Below, in pieces: positions 49,984 to 64,000 of a stretch of 64,000 nucleotides of DNA; within the stretch, counting starts at the first letter, position 1; every line of letters starts with the position of its first letter. The notes beneath the pieces were generated by a model, which was not told the origin of the DNA, ran no database searches, and worked only from the letters and a program-made list of their open reading frames with translations. Location of the stretch: the NCBI GenBank assembly GCA_028534125.1, contig CM052816.1, forward strand, positions 70,868,001-70,932,000. Reading direction: 5' to 3'. A program made the translations under genes and the position numbers. Source of the DNA: Lama glama (lineage: Eukaryota).

Positions 49984-52900
49984 AAGTGGACAAAACTTAT
50001 TTGAGATGTTTTACTGTAGAGGAAAACAGGCAATATTAGATTGGATGTAGGTGTCAAGAGACAGTTTTCTGTTTTGTTTTGTTTGTGTGTATGTTTTAAT
50101 GAAAGAGAATGTTGATACGCCATTGGACTTAACCCTGGACGAAAGAGAGCATTAGATAATATAATAGAGAGGGGGAGCCTCTGAGAAAAAATGGAGTTGT
50201 CTTAGGGAGTGGAAACTGTAAGTGTTGTAGATTGCTTAACAGTCCTGAATTCTCTGCTGAGATTCTAATCGTCCCAACTGAGACACTAAAGTGAAACTAA
50301 TCCATGAGCCCAACTGCCTTGCTTTTACTTTCAGCTGTGCTGTGTACTAGCCTAATGATTTGGAAAAGCTACCTAATCTCAGTTTCCTCAGCTCTAATGT
50401 GGGAATAATAATAATGCAGAACAGCAGCCTGTCTCACGTTGGTGTACCTTCTAGAGCATCCTGCTGGCGTCTAATCATGAAGACGGAAGCTCGTGTAACT
50501 TGGTGTCCATTTTGGGGGGCAGTGCCCGCAGTAGGCACTGTCCGTTGCTCTTGGCTAACCTGATTTTTCTTCTTATGTGATTCCCTAAATTTCTGCCACC
50601 TAGTCCATCAGTGGCCTGAACTAGTGATCTACCCAGAGCCTTTCTTAGGAGATCAACTTGTTCATCTATGGTGGGCCCATCAAGCTTTAAATTCAGTGTT
50701 CTTGTCAAATACAAGCTAACAGAGATTCTGGAATATTCTAGATTAGAGCTCCCTTTAACTGTCCACGCCACTCTCTCTTCATGTGACAGTGATCTGGTTG
50801 GGGCAGTGAAGTTGGACCCCTCCCTGAGCCACAAAACAGTTAGCTTCACATGAACCCCCTTCTCTCTGTATTCAGCTCAGTGCACCCAAAGTGCCTTCTC
50901 TTCTCAGGCCAAATCAATCCTTCACCTCTACTTTACATAGTTTCCCTTTCCATCCAACATAAGTTTCTTTTATTTTTATTTCCCACCTCTTAGCCTCCTT
51001 TTGCCTGACTCCTCTAAGCTTTAATGGTGGACAGAACCGGAAGGCGGTACACGATGAGCATGACCTGCAAAACAGTATTGAAGGGCATAGGAAGAGAAGA
51101 GAACTGGAAGAATCAGGAAGTCCTGTCTCAGGACAGTAACCTAGATTGTGAAGCTATGATTGTACTGCGTATTTCTATTTTTTAAGTGATAGTCCCTGAA
51201 TATTTGCTCAGCCCTTTCCCCAGTTTCTTCCTATAACATGGTCTCATCTCCATCTTGGCAAATGGATGCTTAAGGTAGACTACAGTAAGGATTGATGAGT
51301 ATCTAGGAAAGTAAGGGAAGCACAATTTTTTTTTAACATCACCCCTGTTAATTCAGCTAAAATGTACTGATCACTTACTACGTATCGAGCAAAGTGAAAG
51401 GTAATGGGGATACAAAAGGTAATGGGGATACAAATGGCTCTACTGGGATGCACTATATATCCTGGAGGGGACAGGAGCAAATGAAAAGGGCCGTGCAGAA
51501 TATGTCAGAGGATGCCCTGGGTGGTTGTGCCAGAGAATAGCCGAAGACGAATGTGCACAGAGCCCATAAAAGGGTTATCCTAGTGGGCTACAGGTTCCCT
51601 CCATCTCTGGCCTGTCATTTACGTAAGTTAAGTCTGTTTACTTTGATCTGAGTTAATACATCTCCCTAATAACTGAATATGTGCTTAAGTACACCAAAAC
51701 CTCGATACATAAACCATATAACTAATGTAATATTCAGCAGAGTTATACATATTTCCTGAGATTGCTGTCATAAAGTAAATCAGGCCAATCAATGCTGGCA
51801 CATAAACAAAAACAACTTTCTCTCCTTTTATTTTGCTTTTTACCCCATTAACTAAACTGTTCTTACCTGATGATTATATGTGTTCTTCTGATGTTCTTAC
51901 TTTTTCTAACTATACAGTATTGGGCAGAAACCGAACATTACTAGGAAAATTCCAAACCACCTATATTGACTACTAATTGTAACAAACCGTATGCACAGAC
52001 ACAGGCACACACACAAATGTAGTTTTGCAAGGTGGACATGGCCCCAAATAATTTTTAAGTTAGGCAGCATCACTTACTAGCTTTATTTTAAAAAGCTAAT
52101 GTGATCTTAGTGTGTGAATGTAACTGTGTCTCTGTGTGAGTGTATGTGTTTAACAAGCTAAGATTTTTTTTTAACTTTTTGATTAACATTAGTCAGGATT
52201 TTAACATTAGCAGCTCTTAAGACTGATTATGCTTTGGACACCTTAGGATGTCAATCCTCTCCTCAGGCAGTCTGATGTATACCAGGGAGCCAAGAGGAAA
52301 TACCTTGATTATAAAGTTATCCAGGTTATTTTCAAATAATTGCAAGTAAACAGGAAGCAATGAACTGACATTCTCAAATATTAAAAAAAAATTGAAGTCC
52401 TATTGTTTCTGTGATTTGCAAAGTTACTATAGCAATTACTGCTTGTTTATTCAAGGGCTGCTTAATTTATACAAGCAAACTTTCCTTTCTGCTTGATGAG
52501 AGTTTTCTCCTACTTTTGGCCATGCCAAGTAATTTGTATTCAGCCCTCACTATGTAAAGGGATGTCATAAAACAGAGTCTGTTCACATCATGCAGGGCTT
52601 AGTCTATCCACCAAATCCTGTATCTCTTGAAAGAGGATGCACCTGCTGTTAAGGTCAGATGGTTTAGATTTATAATGGGAGGAAAAAGCCTGTGGAATTT
52701 AATCTAAGTGATGGCTCACCATCTCCCCTATGTTTAATGCCTGTCTGTGAGATGATATTGACATTGCTGCCAGGCATGCAAGTTTATCTGTGACAGGAAG
52801 ACAGGAAATACGAAACCACACTGAAATACTGTACTTAGTCTTGACTATTTCATCACAAGAATGAAGTGTACATTCTTCAAAAATGCTTGGATGATCAGCA

Positions 52901-53384
52901 AACATTATTAAGAACCAAACTTCTAAGGGAATAAACATTTACAATGTTTAGTCACAGGAGATAAACTCTACTATTAAAACATCTTAAAAATGTCATGTTC
53001 ATATGAAAATAAAGTTCTAGTGTCCATCTCTGGTTGCTCAGGACCCAACAAGCTGCTGATACTAAGGCTGTCAAGCTTCAGGTTCATTCTGCTGGGGGCT
53101 TGACTGAACTGAGCCATCCTAGACAAGTACTGGGGTCTCCGTTTATACCCACCAGTAGGCATCTGGAGTAATCAGATCTGGTAAACTTGGGGGGATCCAG
53201 AACTTCTTCAGCTTGCTTCCTGCTCCTCATGTAATCCTCCACATCTATTGGACTTAATCTGTTTGAATATGCCCTGGCTTCTAGCCCAGTGTTGGTTTGC
53301 TCTACAGATCCTTTCTGTAACTTTGAGTTTTATCCTCAATCCTAATATCTCAGTAGCCTCTACTGTAACTAATATTGTATATCA

Positions 53385-53545
53385 TTTAACTTCTCTGAAG
53401 TTTCATTCCCCTCCATTATAAAATGGAGATGATTGTAGTACTAATATTTCCTACCTCATATGTTCTGAGAAATACATGAGATGAAATATAATGTATTTAA
53501 TATGGTATATACTACACAGTAATTGTTTAATACACAATGACAGTT
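53385..53545 (+). mobile_element. MIR SINE fragment
   Basis: tttaacttctctgaagtttcattcccctccattataaaatggagatgat...cctacctcata. Confidence 0.65.
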
Positions 53546-54484
53546 GTCCCCTATCTGTAATGACCTAGTGTGACTCTCTGAGGCCCTAATTCAGCTTCTT
53601 TATCACAGCACTCAAAGGAAGAAACTGTTGTGTAAGCAGGAAGTCTGCATTATACAAAGACAGTAGAATCATTTCAGATTGACAACAAGGGGTTTCAGTG
53701 GTGTCGTACCATCCTTACAAGATGTGAGTAAAATATAAAAATCTTCATTGCCTTTGACAGTGGAATTCTTTCATATTTTATATTCCTCTTACTCATTCTG
53801 AATCTGGAATAGCAAGAAAAAATAAAGACACTTCATTGGCAGCATGATATAATAGTATATAATTTATGTATAAATACTGATGCTGTGGATCTATATGATT
53901 CAAACTTAGGATAATGTTGTAATCAAAGAACCACATTTCAACAACCACCTCCTCCTGCCACCATCTCCAAATTAAAGATGCAGTTTCATTATTTAATTAA
54001 CACATCTTGATGATCCAGTTGGTAAGTTCTAGTGATACCTTTCCACTTTCTGTTCTCCCCTCTCCAATTTTTTGCACTTCTTCCACATTATCCAGGGACC
54101 AGTGTTCTACAATTCTCCAGGAATGCAGTGCCTTTACAATGTTGTTCCCTCTTCCTGTTTTATCTCCCCCGCTTTACATAGATTGTCACTACTGATTTTT
54201 GCCTAATTCTCTTTCCCATCATCTTCCTCCTGAGTTCTGGTCTTCTCTGTCCATTCTGTGTCTCCATTATCAAAGTCTAGTATCTGGTCTGACAAAGACA
54301 GATCATCCTGAGGTCACAAGGCAGGTGCAAGTAGGGATGTCCAGGCTATTAACCTCAGTACTAGTCTAGTCTAGCAGACAATGAGGGGAGGGGATTGGAG
54401 GGATGGTGAGAAATGGAGATGGCTGGAGAAGGGTGATGCCATTACCATGTCAGTAATTTTTAGTCCTTATCTCAAAAATTGATG

Positions 54485-54600
54485 TCTATAAGGTAGGTGT
54501 TAATATTTTATTTTTACAGTTGAAAAAACTGAGGCTCATAAAATTTACATTACCAGCCAGTGAAAACACAACTAATATTTTTCCACGTTAAGTCTTGTCC
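54485..54600 (-). mobile_element. MIR SINE fragment
   Basis: ctataaggtaggtgttaat...attttttacagttgaaaaaactgaggctca. Confidence 0.6.
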
Positions 54601-55640
54601 AGCTCTATGGCTTTACTTTTTCCCATGATTGTGAAATTTCCATGTTGTGGGGATTTCGTTATGTTATAAGAGCTGTTATATAAGTGTTTGTATTAATTCT
54701 GTCAATTTATCACACTATTCCATTATATAAGGACAAGTTCTGAACAGTCTCAGAACTGGACTGACTTTAATTATAAGAAAATGACTAAATACAATATTTC
54801 TGCCAAAGTAAAAATAATGGAAGTTAATAAATAAAATTAGCATAGTTAATCAGGAGCTCTTTTGTTCCTTGAGTGAAGGAAGTTCCTTGTCAGAATACAG
54901 AAAGATCTTATGAGCATCCAAGCCAGAAGCAGAGCCAGAGTCCACGGGCACTGGAATGACACGAGGCATTTTCTCTCTTGGTTTCCGTCTCTCTCTTTTG
55001 GGTCCACTCCTTACGTGTCTGCTTCATTTTTATCTGTCCCCAGACTGACTTCTTGCTAGTCTATGTGCATGTATCTCATTGTGACAACCTTCAAATGTTA
55101 ATCTCAGCTTTCTAGTCAGTAAGACCTTTCAACACAACCTCACAATAAAAATCACACTTCTTGTGTCTCGTTTCCAAATTCCTTGCTGGACAGCAGAACT
55201 GGCTGAGCTCTTTTTAGTTGTTTACCCCAATGACTGTGGCCTGTGGCTCAGAGCCTTTTGCTAGATAACTGCTCCTTCTGAGCTGTGTGAACATGTTTCA
55301 CTAAAAAGAAGTGTGTACAGAAATAAAATGATTGATAATTCTCATGCAATAATGTAAGAAAGAAGAAAGATGTTTCTAAGGAACTAGTTAGCCCTGTAGC
55401 CTAACTAAACCCTGGATATCAATTTGGGCAATTTTAGTTGCCTACTAAATACTCCAGGCTTTATTAGTTGGACTCCAGTGAGAGTTTACTATGATATTAA
55501 CTTCTTGGTCACTGAGTATGGGAATGTCATAGATTTAGTAAGTTTTTTTTCTGATAACTCACCAGTGGATTTCAGTGATGGAAAATATTGCAAAGGATCG
55601 TTTACACTATCCTTTTATCAGACTTTTTATTGTCAAGAGT

Positions 55641-56132
55641 TGTGATAAATCTAACATTCTGCCCCACTTGAATGCTAACAGAATAGCCGGCCAGTTTCAT
55701 GGGTGGTGGTAGAAGGCACAAGACTCCTGGGTCAAAGAACTTTCTTACTCGGTGGCAACAGCAGCACCCAGAATATCTGCATTTACACTGGTTTTCTAAG
55801 CCTCTGTTGCCATAGGGCAAGGCAAAGAAGGTGGGTAACATCTGTACACGCAGTGGGCTGTGCTAGAGCGGAGGAATTCTGAGCTTTGAGAACTCAACTG
55901 TTTTATAACAAGCAGTAAGCCTAATTGACCTGTCCCCCACAGGGAGATGTTATCTTTATTATACAAAGCTGAAACAAACCTTTCCTTTTCCCAGAAGGAA
56001 GTACTATATTTATTTTCAAGACAGTTTTCTATACAGACATTCTTGGAATATTGTCAAGAACAAAGATTGTTAATATCTCTGCTTGTAAGACATACAGCAG
56101 AAGGAGAGAGCCATGGAGAATTGTCTTCTAAT
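55641..56132 (-). mobile_element. Solo ERV1-type LTR (MER90-like)
   Basis: The reverse complement begins tattagaagacaattctccatggctctctcc and ends ...tttatcaca. Confidence 0.6.
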
Positions 56133-57925
56133 AGTTATGGGACTGTCATTTTGAAGAATCAGAAAGGTGCAAATTCCTATGAAAGGTTGGACAAAATATT
56201 CTTAATTCTTTAAGATTTTCTTCCTACTTAGTGAAGATTTTAGAAAAAGACATTGTGTAGAAATACAACTTTAAAAAACTGGTTTTGTGTTTTACTTAGT
56301 GGTTAGGTGAGATCAAATTAATCTTGAAAACAATCTATATGACATAAAAAATCAACCTTCTTTCATTGGTTTTGTTTCATTCCCAAACCAAACTTTCATA
56401 ATGTGAAAGATAGGTAGCTTTATAGGTAGACTGATTTTCAACAGTCAGGGTTTTATATCTCACAGGAGTTGTACTTAATCTTTAAAAATTGGAGTTCTCA
56501 TAAGTTTTTGATTCATAAGTGGTTGTGTTGTAAATTAATCAGAGTTTATATATTGAAAAAATGGCAACAACTTCTTTTATGATTACATTGCATAGATTTC
56601 ATTACATGTGTTCACAATATTTGGAACCTCAGAGCAACCTGAGAGATAGACAGGGCAGGCAGTTTTTCTTGACTTGAGAGGTGAGGAAGGAAGCAGAGTG
56701 TTAAGTGGTGTGACTGCCCACATCCACAGAGCTGATTAGAGACCTCGATCCCAACCCTCCCTACTGGTAGTGCAGTTCTCTTTCTGCCATTGTACAGTAT
56801 TCTTCCCTCAGAAGCCGAGTGGAAGTGGAAACTAAATTATACACAGGGACAAAGAGCATGTTCCTGCAGTCAGGGGCTGAAACACATTTATTCAGCAGCA
56901 TGTTGAAAACTTGAATTCATGGAAACTTCATTTGAAGAGGCTCAAGAATATAATCTCCCTCCCTCCCAAAAAAACCTACCGAGGAAATATTTTATGCCCA
57001 AAAGATACAATGATGGAAAGTATGGAAGAACTCACTAAGACGCCTATTTAAACTTGAAGTAGGGGACTAGGAAAGAGGGTGTTAGGGCAGCCATTCTGCA
57101 GTTTTAACATAAAGGTTTAGGGACTTTGAACAGATGACAAGAGCTTTCCAGGTTTTTGAAGTAGTACTTTGATTTTTACTAAATAGTACATTTCCCATGA
57201 AACTCTTGGGAAAAAGGTACAAATAGTTTTGGTATCTCTCAAGCTTTAATACTATTAGTTGCTTATTAATTGTTTCTCATTTTCTGATACTTGTAAAAAT
57301 GAATTTATCAGATTAGTTGTTCTACACCTCAAAAGGAAGAGAAAGCCAGATCTAAGCTTGAGGGGATAATTAGGTAACTAGACAGTAATCTTCTAGCAGG
57401 AAATAAAATGCTGGAAGCTGTGTGGTAACTGAACTCAGGACTTAGAGCAATGATGCAGAGCACCTAAGCTCGGGGGCACCAGAGTGAGTGTTCCGCCGGG
57501 CAGTGGGCCTCTGGGAGGGCAGGACCATGCTGAAGGGGCGCAGTGACCATCGTGGTAGCTCTCTCTCATTTTCCCTCAGCTGGGCTTTGACAAGTTGTCA
57601 GGAAGGCTAGCTGTCCTTTTATATTTATTTTCTCATTTATCACAATAGCCCATTCTTACTTTTGAATATACCAAAACCTCAGAGAATGAAAAGGTATATG
57701 ATATGCTCAGGATCTGAGATTTGCATCCAAATCCAGTGCTCAATTCAAAACCCTCTATGGATTCACTTCACTAGTACTTGGATTGAGTACTAGCTCTGAT
57801 CTCTCATGGATCAGAAAACTTGGGCTATACCTTTTTATTAATTTTTTAAATTATGCTTAGCTTAAAGTCCTGACCCTGGAAAAACAATATTGACCAAAGG
57901 ATTGATTTTGAAGTAGGATGGCACA

Positions 57926-57980
57926 GTGTGTGTGTGTGTGTGTGTGTGCGTGTGTGTGTGAGTGTGTGTGTGTGTGTGTG
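57926..57980. repeat. (GT)n microsatellite with two interruptions
   Basis: Seen directly; it explains the HTHT ORF at 57862..58077. Confidence 0.97.
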
Positions 57981-58102
57981 CATGAAAGAGAGTGAAAGAT
58001 AGAGTTTGCTTTTCTTTTTCCTTCTTCATCATGTTTGATGTCAACACTGATTCGATCTGGAAACTAATATATGTCATATGATTTAAAATATCTGTTAGGT
58101 GT

Positions 58103-58489
58103 TATATTAGTTCAGGCTGCCATAGCAAAATTCTACAGACTGGGTAGTTTAAATAACAAATCTATTTTCTCACAGTTCTAAAGGCCAGAATTCCAAGATC
58201 AGAGTGTCATCAAGGTTAGTATCTGATGAAGTTTCTCTTCCTGGCTTGTAGATGTCCACCTTCTCCTTAAGTCATCATGTGACCTTTCCTGTGTGTGTGT
58301 GTGTGTGTGTAGAAAGAGAGGGAACTGTATTCTCTCTTCTTCTTAAAAGGACATCAGATTAGGGACTCACCCTTATGACTTCATTTAACCTTAATTACCT
58401 TCTTAAAGACTCTGTCTACACATACAGTCACATTGGAGGTGTGAGTTCACCATATGAATTTTGGTGAGACATAATTCAGTCCATAACAA
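58103..58489 (-). mobile_element. MaLR LTR (MLT1A/B-like) with internal (TG)n
   Basis: tatattagttcaggctgccatagcaaaattctacagactgggtagtttaaataaca...cataattcagtccataaca. Confidence 0.88.
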
Positions 58490-58759
58490 TTGTGGACTCT
58501 CAAATATTTACCAAATGAATAAAAGAATTCTAATTGTGATATGTGTATGTGTGTCTATGTATGTTGTTTTTTCATAGAAATTTATGTCTCATGTTTGAAA
58601 AATCTAAGATTTCAACATACAAAAATGAAAAAAAATTTGAAGTTATTTTTGAGAGTTAACAGCAGTCTCAAAACTCCACCATTGATATGTAAACACTGAG
58701 AATAGTACTTGGTTCAGTAAGTGTTAGTTCTTATCCTTGTCCCCCAATGTGTGCTCATT

Positions 58760-60165
<1,406 letters not shown>

Positions 60166-62858
60166 ATAAAATCTGAACTTTTCCTGGAAGCTGGTCCCTC
60201 AGAGTGGATGATGGATGCTAGTGATCTCACCTGTGTTGTTTTCGTTTGTTTTTGTCATTTGCAGAACCAATCACTGCATGCTAGTACGTGCCAGAGCTGA
60301 ATGGAGGATGTCCCATGGCAAATAGCATACAGCTAGACTTTTAGAACTTTCTCTTTCTGAAAAAGTAGATACATTCTTTTTAATCTCTACATCCATCAGA
60401 ACAGTACTGAATATTTATTATACCTGTGTACCTAACAAAATGTGAGCTCATGTAATTTAAGGACTTGGTACTTTGTGTTGTTATCCTGTGTAATTATCAG
60501 ATAATTCTTGCACATCATGATGATTCAGCTTTAAAAGTTTAAATTAAGAAATCTGCTAAAGACATTATTAATTAGGAGAAATCTTTGTAGGGGGCTCTTC
60601 CAGCATCACTAGATAATGATATTTCCCCTTTTGGAGAAAAGATATTCAATTTGTATGATTTTTAAAAGTTGTTTTGGAATATGTGTGCTCTTTTTTTTAA
60701 ATCAACAAATACATTGTAACTGAAATAAGGAGAGAGAATATGGAATGTTCAGAATTTCCTTATATGAGTCCTTCTTGCCCAGAAATTACGCTTGCTGTTG
60801 TTGTCACTATGGAATGTATCATAAAGGAGGTAAGAAAGTTGTGATTGGAAACCACCTCTGAGCCATGTCTCTGATCCAAATGAGGTGGTCCTCCCCTCCC
60901 CATATTGAGGCCATCACCCAGCTTTGTTGCCACTTACACATAAATTCTCCTTTACTAGCCCCTCATCTAAATGACCAATGTGCTAGACTGCTTCGTTGTT
61001 CAAAGAAATAAAGAAAAATCAGGTAGAGAATGGAGTTATTTCAGGTAATATCTGAATGTCTAGGATGGAAAATGAAGACACAGTTAACCCTCTCCTTATT
61101 TTTCATGTCTCAAAATACCCATTTTATTGCAAAGAAAAGAATCAAATTAAGGCATAAGCACAGGAAGAGGAGTCGTTTCTAATTTTGCAAGATCCAAAAA
61201 CAGCATTACTCTCTGCTAAAAATATATATTTAATTTAATTTCTTCAAATATAAAATTTTGCTATTTTGATGTCTAAAATATAGGATATTCATTTGTTTTA
61301 AAGGAGACTAGCTCAAGTTATAAATAAAGGTTGACAAACTATGAGTTTTTTTTCCCCCAATTGTGCTGGTGATTTTATTTTACTTTATTTTTATTGAATT
61401 GGATGCACTAATTTGGGGTGATTTTTAGATAAGACTTACATTTAAAAAATGAACAATTTTTGGTTTTCTTCTGCACAATCAAGAAGTTTTTAGTGGAGGC
61501 AAAAAGTTTGTATCTGGCATTGAGAATTAGCCTCTTCCAAAGTTATGAATAATGTTGTATTTCAGACAGGGGGATCTGGCTGACAGGGTCTTAAAGAGTA
61601 GGGGGATGCCCTGAGTCAGAATGCTTTGGGGGGTCTCCCACGAAGGTCAGAGCCACTGAGTGTGTAATAAGCAGGGGGCACTCCAGCAGCCATTATCTTC
61701 CCTCTGATAGAGCGGCTCACTGACCTGGCATGCTGGCAAATGGAGAGGAAAACTCTGCTCGGAGATGTAAATTCCCCATCCAGGTCCCTCATGAATATCT
61801 TGTCTCCAGGATTCAAGCAAGTGACCTGGAAAACAAGTTTCCTCCCCAATCAAAATGACAGGCAGAGCTGGTTTCCTGTTAGGAAGACTATGAGGTGTGT
61901 AAAAAAATTATGATTTCTGAGGGGGAAAAAAATGAGATGTCACACAGAGCAAAATATTACTTTCAAATGGTCCTCTGCAGTTCTTTTGAATGGCAGCTGT
62001 TAAGAATTGAATTGTGTGTATGACATGCTGGAATCCAGAATGGAAGTTGTGTTGGGGAGCAGGAATGAATAGAAATTTTCAATTTAAATACTCATTTGAG
62101 AATATTTGAATATCTGTCATTCTTTATAGCCTAAAGGTTAATTCTTGAAAAAATAATTTCCATTAGCAACACAAATTCTAACCTTGTCAAATCCTCTTAT
62201 GTAATGCATCAGTGCTGAAAGGCATACTCTTGCAAAACTGTACCATTAAATATATAATCCTGGTTTATAGACAATGTTTTCCTCTAGAAGTTTCCTTGGT
62301 TTATCTGTTATTTGCTTATGGGGTATTCATTAAGATATGTTTTACTTTTATGTCCAGTATAAAATAATCATGGAGCATCAATTTTTTGGAGTTATAGAAA
62401 ATATTAAAATTATAAAAAAAAAACCCAGTGCTGTACATTTCAATGAAGGAAATGTCTAAAATTCATATAGAAAATATGACCATTTTAAAGTATTTTATTA
62501 TATAGTACAATGTATAGTAAAACAATAGCCTAGAGTTCAGTTAAATTTTGGAAAGCATATTTAAGCGTGTATGTAAATCATAGTTAAGCTTCTTCTGGCT
62601 TCCCAAGAAATCATTCACACTTTTACCCATTAAAATAATATTTAAAAGAGAGATTTGGGCATTTCTAGTTCATACACATACATAAAATTTTTCTTAGAAA
62701 AATAATATTTTAATGTTACTTATTTTAAAAAAAGTTTTTGCTAATGTGATGGTATGCAAATCAATTAAAAAAAATCAACACTGATGTTAAAAAATCACTA
62801 TCTCAAAAAGAAAACCAAATCAGAAACAAGTATTTTTGGATTTGTCACTAGGAATTTT

Positions 62859-62876
62859 ACACACACACACACACAC
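62859..62876. repeat. (AC)9 microsatellite
   Basis: Seen directly. Confidence 0.9.
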
Positions 62877-64000
62877 TTTCCCCCTTGTTACTCCCATATG
62901 AAATTCCTGTTTGTATATTGCAGTTTCCTTTTTTCTTAAACTTATATATTCAACATAATCTGAAAGCAAATTATATTCATTACTATTATGATCTTTTCCC
63001 TAGAGTTGGGAATTACCTTCCAGAAGATTTGCTTATCATGTAGAAGTTTCCAGGCTCTACCACTGGTGCTGAGAATGACTGGTTTTGATGTTTTTGAGTT
63101 GTTATGAGCCATTTTTGGAAAACTACAATTTAAATTTGCACACAGAGCTTAGACAGAATAAATATGTTAATAAGTTCCAGGCATGGATTGCACACTCAAA
63201 TTATCATCAATTGTGCATGAAATTTTTCCAGGCTATTTGTTCTGAAAATAAGTACTAAATTATGCATTCAGCTTAGATTCAGGCATAAAATAGGTTTTCA
63301 CAAATATTTTCAGATGGCATTTTTTTTGTGTGTGCAAATACTGTACAATCTTGTTATATGGCACTTTCTCTTTACTAGATTAAAATCAACATACTAGTGC
63401 ATTCATTGCCACACAAGCACAGGCAGATTTTTTTTTTTGCCGCTCTTAAATTATACCTTGGAATAATAAAATTCACTATTTTCTATTAAAACTACCATAA
63501 GCTGCCTTCTATTCACTTTTGTCACTATTGAATGTACCTTCACTCTGAGGAAACAATTGTTAAGTGATCGTTTTCAGTAAGCATTATAGTGGCGATACTG
63601 AGTTCTGGATTTTGCATTCAGTTTTTCAAAATACTTTAAAATGTTAGAACTACATTTATCCTCTTGACTTATATAACAAAATAACTAATAGTTTGAGGTC
63701 AAAAGATTTTTTTAATTTATAGTTATAGCAAAATTTAATATTGGAAGAATAAAAAGGCAAATGAATGATTTTCTTTTTGTGGCTAGCACTAAAAATTTCC
63801 CATCCAAGATTGTTAATTTTACTAATGAACCTATTATTTGGAAGTTGAAATAGCAGATTGCAAGGCCACAAGGATCAGAGTTAGAGAAAATATTTTCTTT
63901 TTGGGCTATGGAAACTAAGCATGAACTTGAAGGACTCTTGTACATTTAAGAAAGGGTACTGAACTTGAAAGCAGCCGCAGAGGAGTAAGAACCTTTGCTG

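Noticed and set aside
50475..50853. Overlapping 124-aa and 61-aa ORFs
   Set aside because: They have non-ATG or weak starts and no known domain, so coding status cannot be supported.

Overview
This is AT-rich mammalian nuclear DNA, most likely camelid (alpaca, llama or camel). The lineage call rests on a Vic-1-type tRNA-derived SINE at about 20.1 kb and camelid-type L1 3' ends. I could not identify any intact protein-coding gene, RNA gene or CRISPR array; the window looks intronic or intergenic. It is dominated by transposable element remnants: an L1 5' end with ORF1 at the left edge, several truncated L1 3' ends with visible target-site duplications (TSDs), L2/MIR fragments, MaLR and ERV LTRs, and hAT/Charlie DNA transposons. 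Only two ORFs in the supplied track are recognisable: an L1 ORF1 fragment and a Charlie-type hAT transposase fragment. The most notable observations are: (1) a CpG-retaining L1 5' region with SP1- and NRF1-like motifs and a perfect 19-bp fold-back; (2) a three-layer nest of Charlie, L1 and a ~150 bp copy of nearby unique DNA; (3) a run of + strand exon-like segments with compatible phases but many stops, which may be a lncRNA or decayed gene and is unproven; (4) a 4 x 52 bp minisatellite; (5) an ~85 nt imperfect hairpin; and (6) several repeat-free, enhancer-like blocks. Repeat family names come from memory of consensus sequences, not a database search, and boundaries are approximate unless TSDs are quoted. 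I found no convincing evidence of a new biological system.
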